DNA of 64,000 nt from Anaerolineae bacterium (GTDB taxonomy: Bacteria > Chloroflexota > Anaerolineae > Anaerolineales > UBA4823). The notes under the pieces are model-generated. The model did not search any database and had not been told where the DNA came from. It saw only the letters and a list, made by a program, of their open reading frames with translations. Shown piece after piece: positions 55,532 to 64,000 of this stretch (positions within the stretch are counted from its first letter, which is position 1; each line of letters begins with the position of its first letter). The stretch is from contig JBBIVW010000003.1 of NCBI GenBank assembly GCA_037439525.1, positions 124,393-188,392 of the forward strand, in the 5' to 3' direction. Made by a program: the position numbers and the translations under genes.

Positions 55532-56880
55532 TCCTCAAATTGTCGCTGATATCGCTCCCAAACTGCCGGGGCAACCTCTTGGCCTAAAGTGGCAATCTCG
55601 GCTTCATCCAGAGTGAGCAGGTGACGATCGCGCATGATCACGCGGCCATCCACCAGCATGGTAGTAACCATGCTCTCATGAAAACCAAAAATGATGTGCC
55701 AGGGGAGGTTTTCCGCGGTGAGAGGCGTGTAAGGATGGTAATCCACAAAGATGATATCCGCATAGGCTCCGGGAACGATGACGCCAATTGGCGCTTCGGC
55801 AAACAACTGCCCGGCGAGCCTTTGGTGGTTATACACACCCATGCGCGCTACATCCAAACCGGACATACGGCGCGGATCGCGGCGCCATAACTTGTGTACC
55901 AGATAGGCGGCTTTCCACTCTTCCCACATGGTGTGAGAAAAGCCATCCGTGCCCAGGCAGACATTGATCCCCGCGCGCAGAAAGCCTTCCACATCCGCCA
56001 CACCGACGCCGTTGTTCATGTTCGAGCGTGGCTGATGAGTCACCCAAGTGTTGGTTTCTGCAAGCAGTTGCACTTCGCGGGCATCTACATGAACCGCATG
56101 CACCACGATGGAGCGAGGCCCCAAAATGCCATGCTGATAGAGTCGGTCGACAACGCGCGTGCCGTACCGCGCCAGCGAATCGTATTCATCCGCTTCGTGC
56201 TCCGCAACGTGGATATGAAAACCAAGCTCTTGAGGCGCTGCCTGGCGGCAGGCGCGCAACGTCTCTTCCGACAATGTGAGGCTGGCATGCAATCCGAAGG
56301 TGGCCGACAGCCTCCCTGCGGCATTATCTCCTCTCTGGAGGCGGGTGAAAAAGCGCAGGTTTTCCTCGATGCCGGCGCGGGCTTTTGCCTCACCATCGCG
56401 ATCCGTAACCTCGTAGCACAACGCGGCACGCAAGCCGGCACGTTCCACCGCCTCCGCAATGATGTCCAATGAGCCCGAAATGGCGTTAGGCGAGGCATGG
56501 TGATCGATAAGGGTTGTCGTGCCATGCTTGATGGCATCCACCAACATGACCAATGCAGAAAGCCGTATGGCTTCTTCATCCAAAGAGCGATCCAAAGGCC
56601 ACCAAAGCTTTTGCAGGATTTCAGGAAAATCCTTGGGCGGGGCGCCCGGAATGGCCATGCCGCGCGCAAACGCGCCATAGAAATGCGTGTGCGCACAAAT
56701 GTTTCCGGGCATTACCAGTTGATGGCGCGCGTCCAATTTTTCTTCGTTAGGATAGGCTTTCTCAAGTTCCTCCTGGGGTCCAAGTGCGGTAATGTGACTT
56801 CCACGGATCAGCAGAGCAAATCCCTCTAAGATGCGGTTCGGCTGTTCCCAGGTGATGATCGTGCCGTTGGTGATCAACAT
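55528..56880 (-). CDS. SsnA-like amidohydrolase (chlorohydrolase/aminohydrolase family)
   Basis: VMPGNICAHTHFYGAFARG (HxH metal site) and an overall architecture like E. coli SsnA as I recall it. It overlaps fno by 4 nt. Confidence 0.75.
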   Translation of the reverse strand: MLITNGTIITWEQPNRILEGFALLIRGSHITALGPQEELEKAYPNEEKLDARHQLVMPGNICAHTHFYGAFARGMAIPGAPPKDFPEILQKLWWPLDRSLDEEAIRLSALVMLVDAIKHGTTTLIDHHASPNAISGSLDIIAEAVERAGLRAALCYEVTDRDGEAKARAGIEENLRFFTRLQRGDNAAGRLSATFGLHASLTLSEETLRACRQAAPQELGFHIHVAEHEADEYDSLARYGTRVVDRLYQHGILGPRSIVVHAVHVDAREVQLLAETNTWVTHQPRSNMNNGVGVADVEGFLRAGINVCLGTDGFSHTMWEEWKAAYLVHKLWRRDPRRMSGLDVARMGVYNHQRLAGQLFAEAPIGVIVPGAYADIIFVDYHPYTPLTAENLPWHIIFGFHESMVTTMLVDGRVIMRDRHLLTLDEAEIATLGQEVAPAVWERYQRQFEE

Positions 56881-56892
56881 GTCAACACCTCC

Positions 56893-59712
56893 TCAAACTT
56901 CTTTTCCCGATGAGGCGATAGCCAACGCAGCGAGGATTTTCTCTTGATCCACCGGCAGGCGGTCGACGCGCACGCCGCATGCATGGTAGATCGCGTTGGT
57001 GATTGCCGGGGTAGTGGGAATGCTGACGATCTCGCCAATCCCTTTCGCACCATACGGGCCTTCGCGCGTAGGGTGCTCGACGATGATGGGGATGATCTGC
57101 GGTGTGTGTATGATGGAAGGGATGCGGTAGCGCGCCAGGCGGTCGGTGAAGACGACACCCTCTTCAACAATGAATTCTTCGGTCAACGCGTTTCCCAGGC
57201 CCATCATCACGCCTCCCTCCACCTGCCCTTGTAAGCCGAGGGGGTTTATCGCCCGGCCTACATCTAAAGCAGAAATGACGCATAGGACGCGCACCTCTCC
57301 CGTTTTCAGATTGACCTCCACCTCGGCTGCTTGAGCGGCAAAGGCGTAAGCGAAATGCATATCCCCTCCCTCTCCCAGGGGCTGGGTGGCCGGCGCCCAA
57401 TACTCGTAAAGGGCACGCGGTTCACGTCCCTCGGCGCGCAGCATCGCCACAACATCGCCCAGCGGGATGGAGTGCCCATTCACTTGCGCCAAGCCTTCAA
57501 CAAAACGCACGCTTTCCGGGGGTTGGTCGAACTTTTCAGCAATCGTGGAAGCGACTGCCTGGCGCAAGGTGCGTGCCGCATACAGAGCAGCGTTGCCGGT
57601 GACAAAGGTTTGGCGCGAGGCAGTGGTTGGACCGCCGTCAGGGGTGAGATCCGTATCCATGACGAGCACGCGCACCCGCTCTGGAGGCACACTGAACTCC
57701 TCAGCCACGATCATGCGCAGTACCGTGACCAGTCCCTGCCCTAATTCTGCCGAGGAAGTGCGCACTTCAAAAGTACCGTCGGAAAACAGCTCAACCTCTG
57801 CGCCGGCTTTGTCTGGCGCCCCTCCACCCAAACCGGTGTTCTTGAAAGCCGCAGCCACTCCCCAGGCACGCCGCAAATGTTCCGCTCCGGGCACCACGCG
57901 TGGACGAAAAGGCTGATCGCCAGCCACGCGCTTTAGTTCTTCTTCGAGACGGTCCAGGCACTCCAGCAAACCAACGCTCTCTGTAAGCAATTGCCCGGTA
58001 TTGGTAACGCTGCCGACGCGCAGCGCGTTAAGGCGCCTAATCTCAACAGGGTCAAGATGCAGTTCGTGCGCCAGCATATCCATCATGCTCTCAATCGCAA
58101 AGGCAGACTGTGTAACGCCAAAACCGCGAAAGGCGCCTGCAGGTGGGTTATTGGTGTACATGGCGTAACAATCCGCGCGGGCATGAGGCAGATCGTATGG
58201 GCCGGTGGAATGGGTTGTGGCGCGCGTCATCACCTTTTCGCCCAGGGAAGCATAGGCGCCGGTATCTCCATAAAGCTCGGTTTGCACCGCGAGCAGACGC
58301 CCATCGCGCCGCGCTCCCAGGCGCACTTTGATTTGCGTGGCGTGGCGTTTGGGGTGCACCAGCAGACTTTCATGGCGGTCAAAAAGCAGCTTTACCGGCC
58401 GACCGGTGGCATGCGCGAGCAAAGCCGCGTGGATTTGACCGGCGATATCCTCCTTGCCTCCAAACCCCCCTCCCATGGTTTGACCAACAATACGCACACG
58501 CTCCGGCGGCCAACCCAAGGCGCGCGCCACTTGATGACGGTCTGCGTAAGGAATCTGAGAACCAACATACACTTCCATGCGCCCATCGGGTAATGGACGC
58601 GCCAGGCTACACTCTGGTTCGATGAACGCGTGATCGGTCATCGGGGTGTAAAAAGTGTGTTCCAGAAGCAGGTCTGCTTGGGCAAACCCCTGCTCCACAT
58701 CCCCTTTACGCACTTTGATGTGCTTCAATAGATTTCCGGAGGCGTGCAACTGAGGCGCCTGTGGCTGGCGCGCCTGCACAGGGTCGACAACCACCGGCAA
58801 TGGTTCCCATTCGGCCTGGATCAAGTCCAAGGCTTGGGTAGCGATCTCTCTGCTCTCTGCAGCAACGATGGCCAGGGCATCGCCGACATAGCGCACGCGC
58901 TCTCCTATCCCCACCATGATTGGCCAATCGTAGATCACCAAGCCGTGATTGTGCTCTCCAGGGATGTCCTCGGCAGTAAGGACGCACACCACGCCCGGCA
59001 AAGCGCGCGCCGCTTCAACATCGAGACGTTTGAGGATCGCATGGGGTACCCCGGCGCGTTTCACACGTGCATGGAGCATGCCCTCAAAACTGAGATCATC
59101 GGTAAAGCGCGCCGTGCCGCAAACTTTTTCAATGGCATCCGGGCGGATATGAGGGTGACCTACCACGTGCGTGGGTGAAGTGGGATGAGGCTCGGTGGGA
59201 AGGGTTAACGCCTCTCCGCTTTGCATACTCCTGGCTGCAGCAAGCACAGCACGAATAATGCTCGGATAGCCACCGCAGCGACACAAGGTATCCTTCAACG
59301 CCTGACGCACTTCGTCCTCGCCTGGCACAGGGTTTTTCTTGAGCAGGGCATAAGAAGCCATGATCTGCCCCGGTATGCAAAAACCGCATTGCACCGCTCC
59401 ATATAACACAAACGCCTGCTGCAGCGGGTGAAGTGCCTCAAGACCCGGCGGCTGATGCGTATGCCCTAAAGAGGCAATTTCTGCCATCAGACCCTCGATA
59501 GTGAGCACCTCCCTGCCGTCGGCTTTAGCCGCGGGAAAAGTGCAGGAAAGCACTGCTTCACCGTCCACAAGCACGGTGCAGGCGCCACATTCAGCTTCGT
59601 TACAACCAATCTTCGTGCCGGTCAAGCCGAGGCGATAACGTAATAAGTCCGCCAACATTTCGCCCGGCACCTCCGCCAACTCATACCATTGATGATTTAC
59701 CCGAATACGCAT
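56893..59712 (-). CDS. [2Fe-2S]-molybdopterin fusion hydroxylase subunit (XdhD-like)
   Basis: GCNEAECGACTVLVDG, QCGFCIPGQ and LCRCGGY are followed by a molybdopterin-binding domain (GGGFGGK, GQVEGG). Confidence 0.9.
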   Translation of the reverse strand: MRIRVNHQWYELAEVPGEMLADLLRYRLGLTGTKIGCNEAECGACTVLVDGEAVLSCTFPAAKADGREVLTIEGLMAEIASLGHTHQPPGLEALHPLQQAFVLYGAVQCGFCIPGQIMASYALLKKNPVPGEDEVRQALKDTLCRCGGYPSIIRAVLAAARSMQSGEALTLPTEPHPTSPTHVVGHPHIRPDAIEKVCGTARFTDDLSFEGMLHARVKRAGVPHAILKRLDVEAARALPGVVCVLTAEDIPGEHNHGLVIYDWPIMVGIGERVRYVGDALAIVAAESREIATQALDLIQAEWEPLPVVVDPVQARQPQAPQLHASGNLLKHIKVRKGDVEQGFAQADLLLEHTFYTPMTDHAFIEPECSLARPLPDGRMEVYVGSQIPYADRHQVARALGWPPERVRIVGQTMGGGFGGKEDIAGQIHAALLAHATGRPVKLLFDRHESLLVHPKRHATQIKVRLGARRDGRLLAVQTELYGDTGAYASLGEKVMTRATTHSTGPYDLPHARADCYAMYTNNPPAGAFRGFGVTQSAFAIESMMDMLAHELHLDPVEIRRLNALRVGSVTNTGQLLTESVGLLECLDRLEEELKRVAGDQPFRPRVVPGAEHLRRAWGVAAAFKNTGLGGGAPDKAGAEVELFSDGTFEVRTSSAELGQGLVTVLRMIVAEEFSVPPERVRVLVMDTDLTPDGGPTTASRQTFVTGNAALYAARTLRQAVASTIAEKFDQPPESVRFVEGLAQVNGHSIPLGDVVAMLRAEGREPRALYEYWAPATQPLGEGGDMHFAYAFAAQAAEVEVNLKTGEVRVLCVISALDVGRAINPLGLQGQVEGGVMMGLGNALTEEFIVEEGVVFTDRLARYRIPSIIHTPQIIPIIVEHPTREGPYGAKGIGEIVSIPTTPAITNAIYHACGVRVDRLPVDQEKILAALAIASSGKEV

Positions 59713-59781
59713 GGAAACCCTTTTTCTAATCTACTCAATCGAGCATATATGCTTCCGTAATTGGTTCACGCACGCATTGCC

Positions 59782-60663
59782 TCACGCGTTCCTGGCAGAG
59801 CGCTGCCAGGCGCGAGTCAACGTCTCTTCCAGCAGTTGGGCTGCCATCTGACGACGATAATCCTTGGTGGCGCGATGCGGACTGGTGCGGAAACTGACTT
59901 CCGCCAACAAGGCAGTGATTGCGCCCTGGAGCACTTCCGAGGTGAGGGGTTGTTGAGCAAGCGCCTTTTCTGCCTGATAAGCCCGCCTGGGCGTTGGGCC
60001 CGCCGGCCCGATTGAGATACGCACCTCTTGAATACGATTGCCCAGCCTTTTCAACCATACGCCCATGTTGAGAATGGCAATCGCCACCCCCTGGGGTCGC
60101 ATGACGCGCTGAAACACAGAGGCTTCGCCAGGGCGACGCGCAGGGATATAGAATCCGACCAGAAGCTCGTTGCGCGGATGAAGCGCGGACCTGCCCGGTG
60201 CGAGGAACAGGCTTTCTATCGACTGGCGGTGCACTCCCTGTCTGTGGGCAATTTCAGCATGCGCATCCAGGCAAAGCAAGGCAATTGTGCCGTCGCCGGC
60301 GGGCAGGGCATGGGCAACATTCCCACCCAATGTGGCCGTATTGCGCACCTGAGGACCACCAATGAGGCGCGCGGCTTCTAATACCGCGTGGGCATGTTCT
60401 GCGACAAGTTTCGAAGAGATCACGCGATTCAATGGCACTGCTGCCCCAATGAACAGTTCCTCTCCACGCATTTCTATTACGCTCAATTCCGGGATATGGG
60501 TGATGTCAACCAGAGTATGCACCGGCTCATGGCGGCTCTGCTGGAGGTCTAAAAGCAAGTCTGTCCCCCCTGCGATGACCCTGGAAGGCGCCTCGCTTTG
60601 TTCTAATAGCGCCAGGGCATCGTCAATTGATCTCGCGAGATGATACTTCTTCCATAAGGGCAT
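59782..60663 (-). CDS. molybdenum hydroxylase FAD-binding subunit (YgfM/CoxM-like)
   Basis: VIAGGTDLLLDL and RNTATLGGNV blocks; 293 aa. Confidence 0.85.
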   Translation of the reverse strand: MPLWKKYHLARSIDDALALLEQSEAPSRVIAGGTDLLLDLQQSRHEPVHTLVDITHIPELSVIEMRGEELFIGAAVPLNRVISSKLVAEHAHAVLEAARLIGGPQVRNTATLGGNVAHALPAGDGTIALLCLDAHAEIAHRQGVHRQSIESLFLAPGRSALHPRNELLVGFYIPARRPGEASVFQRVMRPQGVAIAILNMGVWLKRLGNRIQEVRISIGPAGPTPRRAYQAEKALAQQPLTSEVLQGAITALLAEVSFRTSPHRATKDYRRQMAAQLLEETLTRAWQRSARNA

Positions 60664-60892
60664 GGATCGGCGTGAACCCTTTCAATTAGACTTAGAACGG
60701 AGGCACTTTTCGACGGGCAGTGGATAGAGTATGCGCGAAGCCACCGCCCGACGCCGTCACAGGTATCCCTATGACGACCACCGATCCAGGGCTTATATTT
60801 TATCATGAAAGGATTAACCAAAAGAAAAGATCGAGTTATGGGCTAGGGGAGTAAACTGGCGTATGGCAAAGAAACATATATAATTTCGCTTC

Positions 60893-61597
60893 ATGAAGGC
60901 AAAAAACCGCCACCCTGTGCTTCGGATGCACCGCTTTTTAGTGCATCAATCTTTTTACCTACTCGTCCTTTCCAGTGGGTTCGCCCTGAGCCTGTACCTG
61001 GCGCGCGCCCTGGCAACGTCGACATGGCTGATTTATTTCAACCTGGTGTGGAATCTGGTGCTCGCCTGGGTGCCGTATGCCATCAGCTTCCTCCTGGCCG
61101 CCCTGGAGAAGCTCACTCCCCGAACCTGGTGGTTGTGGCTGCCTCTGTGGGGTATCTGGCTCATTTTCTTCCCCAACGCACCTTATATCGTTACCGATTT
61201 CCTGCATCTTGCCCCGCGAGAGGTCATCCCTCTATGGTATGACATCTTGTTGTTGGCCAGTTTCTCTTGGACCGGCATTTTTCTGGCCATCGCTTCCTTA
61301 CAGACGATGCAAGCCATTGTCAAAACCCATTTTGGCGGTTTGCTGAGTTGGGGCTTCGCGGCCACTGCATTAGGACTCAGTGCTTTGGGAATGTACCTGG
61401 GACGGTTCGAACGCTGGAACAGTTGGGACCTCTTCTTCCAACCACGCTCGATTTTAGCCGATGTGCTTTCACGCCTGGCCAATCCTTTTGCCAACCTGCG
61501 CTTCTTCGGCTTTACCGTGCTCTTTACCGCTTTTTTGACCATCTGCTATCTGATGTTCCTCTCGGGGAGGCGAGTGGAAGAAGAGGATCAAATCTAA
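60893..61597 (+). CDS. DUF1361-like polytopic membrane protein
   Basis: 234 aa with about 6 TM helices. NLVLAWVPY and FFPNAPYIVTDFLHL blocks were recalled from DUF1361. Confidence 0.65.
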   Translation: MKAKNRHPVLRMHRFLVHQSFYLLVLSSGFALSLYLARALATSTWLIYFNLVWNLVLAWVPYAISFLLAALEKLTPRTWWLWLPLWGIWLIFFPNAPYIVTDFLHLAPREVIPLWYDILLLASFSWTGIFLAIASLQTMQAIVKTHFGGLLSWGFAATALGLSALGMYLGRFERWNSWDLFFQPRSILADVLSRLANPFANLRFFGFTVLFTAFLTICYLMFLSGRRVEEEDQI

Positions 61598-62019
61598 CAT
61601 TTTTCAATATCCTGGCTACGCAAGCCATCGATAAATCCAGGGGAGGACAACATCAACATACTATTTATTAGAGATAAACGCGTCCATCAAGCCCAAAACG
61701 CTGTACTCAACCCAAGATTTCAACAGACAACATCCGAGCGATATACCTGCAAGGTCAAGTTGCATGGGCTTATGCTGCATCAATCCGGCATCGAGGCTCA
61801 TCATTTACAGAGGAGCTCAATATGATGTAAGGCCGTCAATCGAAAATGGCTCCAACCATAAAACTCCATCAGCCCAAACCTATGACCGCCAATGAAGTAC
61901 GATGAAGGTCTCCAACCTCACCTGCATTACCGCATCTGAATATCTAAGCGAAGGGCATGGGGTACAATAAAGCCTGGTTTTATGTATCAGCACGTCATTT
62001 CTTTTACAGGAGATACTCA

Positions 62020-63399
62020 ATGGAAACAAAGTTGAACGCGACTCTCGATTACTTCCATGCGCACTCCGAAGCATTTATCGACAACCTCAAGCAGCTTGTG
62101 CGTATTCCTTCGATCTCTACGGATGCGCGAGCCAAAGAAGACATCCAGCGCGCCGCCCATTGGGTGCGCGAAAAGTTGGAAGCGATAGGCATGCAACGCA
62201 CGCGCCTCCTACCTTCAGAGGGGCATCCTGTAGTCTATGGCGAATGGCTGCAAGCTGGAGCAGAGAAACCAACCGTATTGATCTATGGCCACTACGATGT
62301 CCAACCCCCAGAACCTTTGGAGCTTTGGGACAGCCCACCTTTTGAGCCCACCCGCCGCGGCGAAAACCTGTACGGGCGGGGGGCTTCGGACATGAAAGGG
62401 CAGGTGGTCATTACACTTTCCGCGGTAGAAGCGTGGATGAACAATGGTGGCTTGCCGGTGAACGTCAAATTCCTGATCGAAGGGGAGGAGGAGATCGGCT
62501 CTCCTCACCTCGGCCAGGTCATCGCCGAGAACAAAGTCCTGCTGAAATGCGACTTTGCTCTGAACACCGATACGGGAATGTTGGGCGCGGAGCTTCCCAC
62601 CATTACCTATGGGCTAAGAGGCTTGGCATACTTCGAGATACGCGTGCAGGGACCAAAACACGATCTCCACTCAGGTATCTATGGTGGTGTGGTGCACAAC
62701 CCGGCGCAGGCGCTATGCGAGTTGATCGCCGGTATGCATGATGCCGATGGACGGGTTACCTTGCCTGGGTTCTACGACCGTGTCAAGCCGTTAGACGAAG
62801 AGGAAAGGAGAGAGCTTGCCAGACTCCCGCTAGACGATAGCTTTTACCTCCAGCAAACCGGAGCACCGGCTTTGTTTGGTGAAAAAGGCTACTCGCCGGT
62901 CGAACGCATTGGAGCGCGACCGACCCTGGAGGTCAATGGGCTGCTTTCCGGTTTCACCAGCGAAGGTGCAAAAACCGTATTGCCGGCCAAAGCCATGACA
63001 AAGATCTCCATGCGCCTGGTGCCCGATCAAGACCCTGAAGAAGTGCACCAACAACTTATAGCCTACATGAAAACGCATGCGCCTAAAACCGTGCAATGGG
63101 AAGTGATTTCCATGGCGGGCGCGCCGGCTTCACTCACCGACCGCCACATTCCCGCGGTGCGCGCGATGAGCCAGGCACTGGAAGCGACCTGGGGGAAGTT
63201 GCCTGTCTTCCGTCGTGAGGGCGGTTCTGTACCCGTAGTATCCCAGATGCACACCATTCTGGGGATAGAATCGGTGCTGACCGGCTTTGGGTTGCCAGAT
63301 GACAACTTGCACGCGCCCAACGAAAAAATCCACCTGCCCACCTTTCTGCGCGGCGTCGAAGCGGTTGCGCGCTTCCTGGGCGTGCTTGGGGCAGCCTGA
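62020..63399 (+). CDS. M20 family dipeptidase (ArgE/DapE/ACY1-like)
   Basis: GHYDVQP, RGASDMKG and EGEEEIGS metal and catalytic motifs. The ATG at 62020 is preceded by AGGAG. Confidence 0.85.
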   Translation: METKLNATLDYFHAHSEAFIDNLKQLVRIPSISTDARAKEDIQRAAHWVREKLEAIGMQRTRLLPSEGHPVVYGEWLQAGAEKPTVLIYGHYDVQPPEPLELWDSPPFEPTRRGENLYGRGASDMKGQVVITLSAVEAWMNNGGLPVNVKFLIEGEEEIGSPHLGQVIAENKVLLKCDFALNTDTGMLGAELPTITYGLRGLAYFEIRVQGPKHDLHSGIYGGVVHNPAQALCELIAGMHDADGRVTLPGFYDRVKPLDEEERRELARLPLDDSFYLQQTGAPALFGEKGYSPVERIGARPTLEVNGLLSGFTSEGAKTVLPAKAMTKISMRLVPDQDPEEVHQQLIAYMKTHAPKTVQWEVISMAGAPASLTDRHIPAVRAMSQALEATWGKLPVFRREGGSVPVVSQMHTILGIESVLTGFGLPDDNLHAPNEKIHLPTFLRGVEAVARFLGVLGAA

Positions 63400-63498
63400 T
63401 CCGCTTCCCTGCCCGCGTTGCATTGCCAGCTTAGAATTCACTCAGAGAGACGCGGGCAGGGTTGACGGGCGATTCATCCACTAATACAATCCTTTGTC

Positions 63499-64000
63499 AT
63501 GGAAAACAAATTACCAAACTATGGTGGTCAGGCAGTTATCGAAGGCGTGATGATGCGGGGCACACACTTCGCGGCTATCGCCATGCGCGCACCGGACCAA
63601 ACAATCGTCGTCCACACGGAACCACTGGGGAAGATTTATCGCAGCAAGCTGGTGAAGGTCCCCTTTTTGAGGGGTTTAGTCACCCTTTGGGATGCGCTCG
63701 GTCTGGGAATGCGCGCTCTGACCATATCGGCTAACACACAAACGGACGAAGACGAAAAACTGGAAGGCCCTGGGCTCTATCTCACCCTGGGCATCTCTTT
63801 GGCTATCGGCATTGGACTTTTTTTCCTCCTTCCCGCGCTTGTTGGTCAACTGGGCGAACGATATTTGAGCCTGACCGCTTGGTGGGGCAACCTGTTGGAG
63901 GGATTGGTGCGCCTGGGACTACTTATCGGGTACATCTTTGCCATTGGACGGTTACCCGACGTGCGCCGCGTCTTCGCGTACCATGGCGCAGAACACAAGA
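63499..64000 (+). CDS. DUF1385 family membrane protein (partial, runs off the window)
   Basis: The ATG at 63499 gives MENKLPNYGGQAVIEGVMMRG...YHGAEHK, conserved DUF1385 blocks. There is no stop before the window end. Confidence 0.7.
   Translation, partial: MENKLPNYGGQAVIEGVMMRGTHFAAIAMRAPDQTIVVHTEPLGKIYRSKLVKVPFLRGLVTLWDALGLGMRALTISANTQTDEDEKLEGPGLYLTLGISLAIGIGLFFLLPALVGQLGERYLSLTAWWGNLLEGLVRLGLLIGYIFAIGRLPDVRRVFAYHGAEHK

Noticed and set aside
63407-63461. 11-bp perfect inverted repeat (CCCTGCCCGCG ... CGCGGGCAGGG) after the M20 peptidase gene
   Set aside because: It has a 33-nt loop and no following U-tract, so I did not call it an intrinsic terminator. Its function is undetermined.
1-64000. 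CRISPR arrays, rRNA/tRNA genes, and intact IS or transposase, integrase or phage genes
   Set aside because: I noticed no regularly spaced direct repeats, no rRNA/tRNA-like segments, and no DDE, serine or tyrosine recombinase motifs in any long ORF. This was visual inspection only, so short or degenerate elements could have been missed.

Overview
The window is a gene-dense stretch of bacterial chromosome, about 90% coding. I saw no rRNA, tRNA, CRISPR array or intact transposase. Gene content suggests a Chloroflexota/Anaerolineae-like host: heliorhodopsin, F420 biosynthesis, WD40/TolB-type propeller proteins and many fused molybdenum-hydroxylase subunits. This taxonomic placement is inference only.

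Main blocks:
- (1) 168-11638: housekeeping and envelope genes, including a metallophosphoesterase, a C69-type dipeptidase, an acyltransferase, two WD40 proteins, a LysM-M23 peptidase, galE and an aldo/keto reductase.
- (2) 11662-16861, minus strand: a four-gene cassette. It encodes a small Trp-terminated peptide, a ComQ-like polyprenyl-synthetase-fold enzyme, a polytopic sensor kinase and a REC/HD-GYP regulator. I read this as a ComQXPA-like prenyl-peptide signalling system and consider it the most novel candidate in the window.
- (3) 18400-22291, minus strand: a five-gene operon ending in an RlmN/Cfr-like radical SAM enzyme.
- (4) 27057-34142, minus strand: a molybdenum hydroxylase operon with duplicated Fe-S modules, XdhC and an embedded CBS-pyrophosphatase.
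- (5) 34460-41280, plus strand: a nine-gene operon led by a heliorhodopsin. It continues with DegV, DUF1295, three small membrane proteins, a Rieske oxygenase, an MFS transporter and an SRPBCC protein.
- (6) 41595-45136: an ECF sigma factor with a giant anti-sigma protein.
- (7) 46811-48971: a glmS ribozyme-like leader followed by glmS.
- (8) 51312-60663, minus strand: a co-directional array joining a YgfM/XdhD/SsnA-type molybdenum hydroxylase set to F420 genes (fno, cofE, cofD, cofC, LLM oxidoreductase).

All functional calls rest on motifs read by eye from the translations and on recalled family signatures. No database search was run.
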